DNA of 20,410 bases from Nitrospinota bacterium. GTDB lineage: Bacteria > UBA8248. Both the position numbers and the translations under genes were made by a program. The notes below the pieces were generated by a model. That model did not search any database. It saw nothing but the letters and a program-made list of their open reading frames with translations, and was not told where the DNA came from. Shown in pieces: positions 16,217-20,410 of the stretch (position 1 is its first letter; every line of letters starts with the position of its first letter). The stretch spans positions 1 through 20,410 of the forward strand of contig JAYGFR010000064.1 of the NCBI GenBank assembly GCA_046581755.1. The letters run 5' to 3'.

Positions 16217-16846
16217 CTATACGGCGGCTTCCTCGAGTTTTTCCAGGACCCGCTCAAAAACCTCCCGGAGCGGGTTGATGTATTCGCCCAGCTCCTCGGT
16301 AACCACCACGTTCAACGACGCCATATCCCCCCGCGTAAAGGCATCGGCCATCTTCAGGGTGATACCCCTCATTGAGGCCGCCGCGTCGGAAAGCGACTGG
16401 CCGCCGATTTCGACTGTGGACGAATCCATATTGGCCATCTGAATCAGGTTTCGCAGGCCCTGGAGCACGAGGTTCCAGCCCTCGATGCACTCCTTGAAGC
16501 GAAGCGCAATCGTCCCGTGGTCTTGGGCCTCGATGCCCGTCCGCATCCGCTCCCCGCGCTCTTCGAGGACGTCCATAAATTCGATCAAATCCCCGCAGGT
16601 CTGGCAGGCGAGGATGGCCGGGGCGGCCGAATAAAATTCCAGGGTGTCAAACTCGCTGATGAGGCGATCAACGCTGCTTTCGATATCTTCCGCCCGAAGG
16701 GTCACATCGCCGCTCATGATTCCCAAGAGAACGCGGTCCTCCTCCTTCAGCATGGAACTCACCCAGTCCCGAAGGGCCCCGAAGGTTTCCATCTCACCGG
16801 GCAAATCGTACCATTCCTCGTCCAGCTTGAATCGCAATGCTTTCAC
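16217..16846 (-). CDS. Hypothetical acidic, mostly helical protein co-transcribed with fliD-fliS
   Basis: 209-aa ORF with an AAAGGAG RBS before GTG; natural-looking composition; third gene of the operon. Confidence 0.8.
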   Translation of the reverse strand: MKALRFKLDEEWYDLPGEMETFGALRDWVSSMLKEEDRVLLGIMSGDVTLRAEDIESSVDRLISEFDTLEFYSAAPAILACQTCGDLIEFMDVLEERGERMRTGIEAQDHGTIALRFKECIEGWNLVLQGLRNLIQMANMDSSTVEIGGQSLSDAAASMRGITLKMADAFTRGDMASLNVVVTEELGEYINPLREVFERVLEKLEEAAV

Positions 16847-16927
16847 GGTAACGCTCCTTTCCGTTCTCCCTTACGGCTCATCCCGGGAGGGATGAGAATC
16901 CAACCTCTTCATGCATGATGCCGCCCC

Positions 16928-17320
16928 CTAACCCGCCTGTCTCTCGGATTGCCGGGCCACCTCCACCCAGGCCGACCGGAGGGACAATATAATCTCGGCC
17001 GCCTCTGCCAGGGGCGCGCGGTCCTTCTCCTTGAGCGCATCGCCGATCAGGCCCAGAACATGCCGATTGGTGTTCAAAAATCCATTCGCCAGCTCCGGCG
17101 AAGCCGTCGGATTGATGATTTTGATCAGCTCGGTCACGATGGCCATCGCCTTCATTAAATGAGAGGCCGAATCGGCGTACCGGTCCTCGTCCTGGAGCCC
17201 CGCCTCTCCTTTCCGGATGTTTTTCAGCATGCCCTCGTAAAGGAGAATGATGAGAGCCACGGGCGAGGCCGTTTTGATCTGGGTTTCCTTGTAGCTCAAA
17301 TAGGAATTGTGTAATGCCAT
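16928..17320 (-). CDS. fliS: Flagellar export chaperone FliS
   Basis: YLSYKETQIKTASPVALIILLYEG...KAMAIVTEL...ELANGF...LRSAW; directly downstream of fliD; GGGAGA RBS. Confidence 0.92.
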   Translation of the reverse strand: MALHNSYLSYKETQIKTASPVALIILLYEGMLKNIRKGEAGLQDEDRYADSASHLMKAMAIVTELIKIINPTASPELANGFLNTNRHVLGLIGDALKEKDRAPLAEAAEIILSLRSAWVEVARQSERQAG

Positions 17321-17349
17321 CGTACCGGTTCTCCCTTGATTCTCCCCTG

Positions 17350-20010
17350 CTACCTTCTCCTGCCCGCGCGGGCAGCAAATGCATGGGCATTCGCCTCGAG
17401 CTGTTTGAGCTGGCTGGTCAGGAACGAGGAGGTCGTCTGCAAAGTGCCCAGCGCTTGTTCGAGCTGGGCAAACTCATTCACGAGGCGCTCCCTTTCTCTT
17501 TGGGCTCGCTCGTTCGCCTCTTCGATCGCCTCCTTGAAGTCGTCGATTCGGCCGTTCGACTGCGAGATTGCGCTTTGAATCGCCCCTTCTTGAGTCTCGT
17601 CGGTGAGAAAGGCGAGGAACTCTTCCATCTGGGCCCCAATCCCGCGCGAGACAACCACGGAACCCTGGTTTGCGCCCTGGGCCAAAAGGCTGCTTGCGCT
17701 GACGGTCACCTGAAGCTTGAGGCCGTCGGTGTTGGTGTTATTTGTGCTCCCAACGAGAATTTGTCCGGTTCCGGTGGCAGACTCCCCGTTGATTGTACCT
17801 GCCACATCCACGCCTATAAATATGCGCTCGGTATTGGCCGTTGTGGCGCCGAGGCCGGTACTGCGGGCCGTCCCGCTCGCCACACTGGACGTCACCTTGA
17901 AGGTCTGATCCGAGCCAAATTCCTTGGTGCGGAGGGTAATTTTGCCGGTGCTGGAATCGAAATTCGCGATGACATTTTTGATCCCGACCCCCAGCAGAGC
18001 GGAGCTGATGTCGGAAACGACGCTCAGGGCGGATGCCCCGCTCTTCAACGCGATGACCGACGTGGTGTTCTCCGAAACAATGGTCAGCGTCTCATCCTGC
18101 GCAAGACCACCGGAGATATTCTGAGCCCCTATGATCTCCGCCCGCGCGGCGGCCCTTGTGATACTCACCGAGTAGCCCGTAAGGCTGCTCGTTTTTGTAT
18201 CACTCGAAAAAGCGGCGACCGATATGTCAATGTCGGTGGCGTTACCGAGCGCCGCGAAAAGGTCTCGCACCTCATCGGGCGTATCGTTGAGAATTCCGGA
18301 AAACCTCGAGGAGTCGAGGAAAAAATTTCCCGTCTCGGGATTGATGGTGACCCCGATTTCGCCGATGGACCTGATCTTTCCCGCCACAATGGTCGTCACC
18401 GCGGAGGTCACGATCGAACTGATGCGGTTTCGAATGGTGAATACATTCGGATCGCCAAGCAGCGCACCTGTATCCTCCGTATCGACATCGTAGAAGGACT
18501 GCTCCTCGATAAATGCATTGACCTTGTTCAGGGCATCCAAAAATTTATTTACGGATCCCGTAACATCCGCCGTATCCGTTGCGACACTGATGGTGATGGG
18601 GGCGGTTTTGTCCGCTTTCACCAGATTGATGGTGACCCCCTCGAAAAGGTCGGTGATGGTGTTCGAGTTTTTTATGATGCTAAATGACGTACTTCCGGTG
18701 CCGAGCTTGAGTATGGCGTCCTGCGCCGTCTGGCTTTCCTGAAAGTCGATCCCCCCGTGCTGGTAGGTCAACCTCACGGCCTCGGCCTGGGTATCGTTGA
18801 ACCTCACCGTCCCCGTGTCGAAGTCGATGGTGTAGCCCTGGGTGGCGGTTGTGGGGGAAGCACCGGGAGTGATGGGAGTGACTTCAGCCTCGCCATCGAG
18901 AGTGTGGGTGAAGGTTACGGTGGGATTCGCCACGATGTCCGTGCCGGGGTCGACGACGGTGCCCCCCACAATACTGTCGGAAAAATCAGCGGTGTACGAC
19001 CAATAAATTTTATAGGTCAGGTCGGTGTTGTTCGCCACCCGGCCAATGGTAAGGATGTTACTCTGATCTCCGCCGCCGTCGCCTGTATTTTGGGAAACGA
19101 TTTCGCTTCCCACGGTTTCACCGCTGCTATCGATGGCCGTAACCTTATAATAGAAAATGGTTTTATCTTCGAGATTTCCGTTGGCATCGTCGTTACGTAT
19201 CCCTGAGATGGTCGGCGTGGCGAGTTTTTCCGCGATGGTGACGGCATCCAGCTTCACCGTGGGAGTCGATCCCGGAATGGGCCGGGCGCTCGTGAAGGCG
19301 AAGGTGGAACCGTCGCCGTCGTCGATCGTGGCCGTGTCGGTCCCCGCGCCAGCGCCGGCGGCCTCGTTGGTTTCGGTGGAGAGGAACGAGGAGTTGCCGA
19401 AGGCGACGGTGAACGCACCCGCGGTTCCCGGATCTTCCGCGTTGATGACCAGGCGGAATGGCACATCGGAGCTATCCACCTGGATGACCGAAGCCCTCGC
19501 CTTGGCGCCCGAGTTGTTGATGGCCTCGCGGATTTCCGCGAATGAGTTGTTTGAATTTGTGAGAGTGATTTCGGTCTTGATGGCTGAGGCGCCCTCGCCC
19601 ACCGTGAGCGTGAGGATCCCCGACACGCCGCTGGAATCATCCGCGTTCCTGAAGCGGTTGGAGACAAATTGGTTGTTGGTCGCGAGCTGCTCGATGGTGA
19701 TCGTGTTGGTTCCCACCGCCGCATTTTCCGTGGCGGTGACCGTGAGGATGTCCTCGTTGCTGCTCGTCGCCGTATTTTTATTGAAAGTGAGGGGATTTTT
19801 GAGCGTATCCGATGCGGTGCGAACCCCGAGCGCCAGGGCCTGAAGCTGTTGGAACAGACCTATTTTTGAAGTTTCTTCGGCCTGCTGCGATTCCAGGGTC
19901 AAAATGCGTTTAGACTGGATGGCGACAAGCTGTTCGATGATGCTGCTGCTATCGAGGCCGGAAATCAGGCCATCGACTGAAATGGCGGAGGAGCCAATGT
20001 TGCTGACCAC
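17350..20010 (-). CDS. fliD: Flagellar filament capping protein FliD (HAP2), elongated (886 aa)
   Basis: FliD_N: GLISGLDSSSIIEQLVAIQ...TATSSNEDILTVTA...ITIEQLA. FliD_C: AQDAIL...NSNTITDLFEGVTINL...GALLGD...LVNEFAQLEQALGTLQTTSSFL. GGAGGG RBS before GTG. Confidence 0.95.
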   Translation of the reverse strand: MVSNIGSSAISVDGLISGLDSSSIIEQLVAIQSKRILTLESQQAEETSKIGLFQQLQALALGVRTASDTLKNPLTFNKNTATSSNEDILTVTATENAAVGTNTITIEQLATNNQFVSNRFRNADDSSGVSGILTLTVGEGASAIKTEITLTNSNNSFAEIREAINNSGAKARASVIQVDSSDVPFRLVINAEDPGTAGAFTVAFGNSSFLSTETNEAAGAGAGTDTATIDDGDGSTFAFTSARPIPGSTPTVKLDAVTIAEKLATPTISGIRNDDANGNLEDKTIFYYKVTAIDSSGETVGSEIVSQNTGDGGGDQSNILTIGRVANNTDLTYKIYWSYTADFSDSIVGGTVVDPGTDIVANPTVTFTHTLDGEAEVTPITPGASPTTATQGYTIDFDTGTVRFNDTQAEAVRLTYQHGGIDFQESQTAQDAILKLGTGSTSFSIIKNSNTITDLFEGVTINLVKADKTAPITISVATDTADVTGSVNKFLDALNKVNAFIEEQSFYDVDTEDTGALLGDPNVFTIRNRISSIVTSAVTTIVAGKIRSIGEIGVTINPETGNFFLDSSRFSGILNDTPDEVRDLFAALGNATDIDISVAAFSSDTKTSSLTGYSVSITRAAARAEIIGAQNISGGLAQDETLTIVSENTTSVIALKSGASALSVVSDISSALLGVGIKNVIANFDSSTGKITLRTKEFGSDQTFKVTSSVASGTARSTGLGATTANTERIFIGVDVAGTINGESATGTGQILVGSTNNTNTDGLKLQVTVSASSLLAQGANQGSVVVSRGIGAQMEEFLAFLTDETQEGAIQSAISQSNGRIDDFKEAIEEANERAQRERERLVNEFAQLEQALGTLQTTSSFLTSQLKQLEANAHAFAARAGRRR

Positions 20011-20057
20011 GAATAGTGCCCTCCAAAGGGCAATTGGATATTGCCAAATTACTAATC

Positions 20058-20085
20058 TTATCGGCCGGTGGACTCATACCTTGAG
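20058..20085 (-). promoter_or_regulatory. Sigma28 (FliA) promoter of the fliD operon
   Basis: Minus strand (C)TCAA, 15 nt, GCCGATAA: a perfect -10 box with canonical spacing, about 47 nt upstream of the fliD start. Confidence 0.88.
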
Positions 20086-20328
20086 CGAATCCACGGCTCC
20101 AATCCATATATCGAAGCAATATACGTGCCATACGTAACCTTTTGAATTGTATGAATTTAAAATCCGCCTGCGGATGCAAGAGGGAAAATATCCCCCCCCG
20201 GAGGGGGAATTGGGCGGGCCTGGCCCGAATTCCCATTATCACCTCTTCCTAAAAAGGACAGGAAATTTTAAGTTACCGGTGCATCCGGTTTAAAATTTTC
20301 GCCCACATCTATTTGCCGAGAATACCCG

Positions 20329-20410
20329 GTGAGCAAGAAGAAGAAGAGCACCAAAAAAAGAGTGAAAAAAACACAAAACCGCTCGCGTGGACTCCACCCG
20401 AAGATATCTG
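20329..20410 (+). CDS. Possible N-terminus of a divergent gene running off the window (Lys-rich start)
   Basis: GTG 20329 opens MSKKKKSTKKRVKKTQNRSRGLHPKIS..., open to the window end; no clear SD. Confidence 0.4.
   Translation, partial: MSKKKKSTKKRVKKTQNRSRGLHPKIS

Overview
GC-rich bacterial chromosomal segment from a flagellated diderm. The gene order resembles Deltaproteobacteria- or Nitrospinota-like lineages, but that is inference only. Left to right: a 5'-truncated atypical receiver + TPR gene broken by two single-base frameshifts; a 7Fe-type ferredoxin fused to a transmembrane helix and an unknown C-terminal domain; a cupin; a trypsin-like protease remnant; a PafA-like alkaline phosphatase superfamily enzyme; and an AT-richer Sel1-repeat gene. 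Next is a minus-strand arginine/lysine biosynthesis cluster (argH, small LptM/YifL-like lipoprotein, lysA, dapF, dapB). Between dapF and dapB it is interrupted by an oppositely oriented five-gene cassette: ECF sigma, membrane anti-sigma-like protein and three Spy/CpxP/ZraP-like proteins. After argH come an unannotated 31-aa membrane peptide, an MFS transporter, and a sigma28-driven fliD-fliS-hypothetical operon with an unusually long (886 aa) FliD. Several short tandem duplications sit at gene junctions, and four apparent 1-nt deletions fall only in accessory genes. No rRNA, tRNA, CRISPR array or intact transposase was seen.
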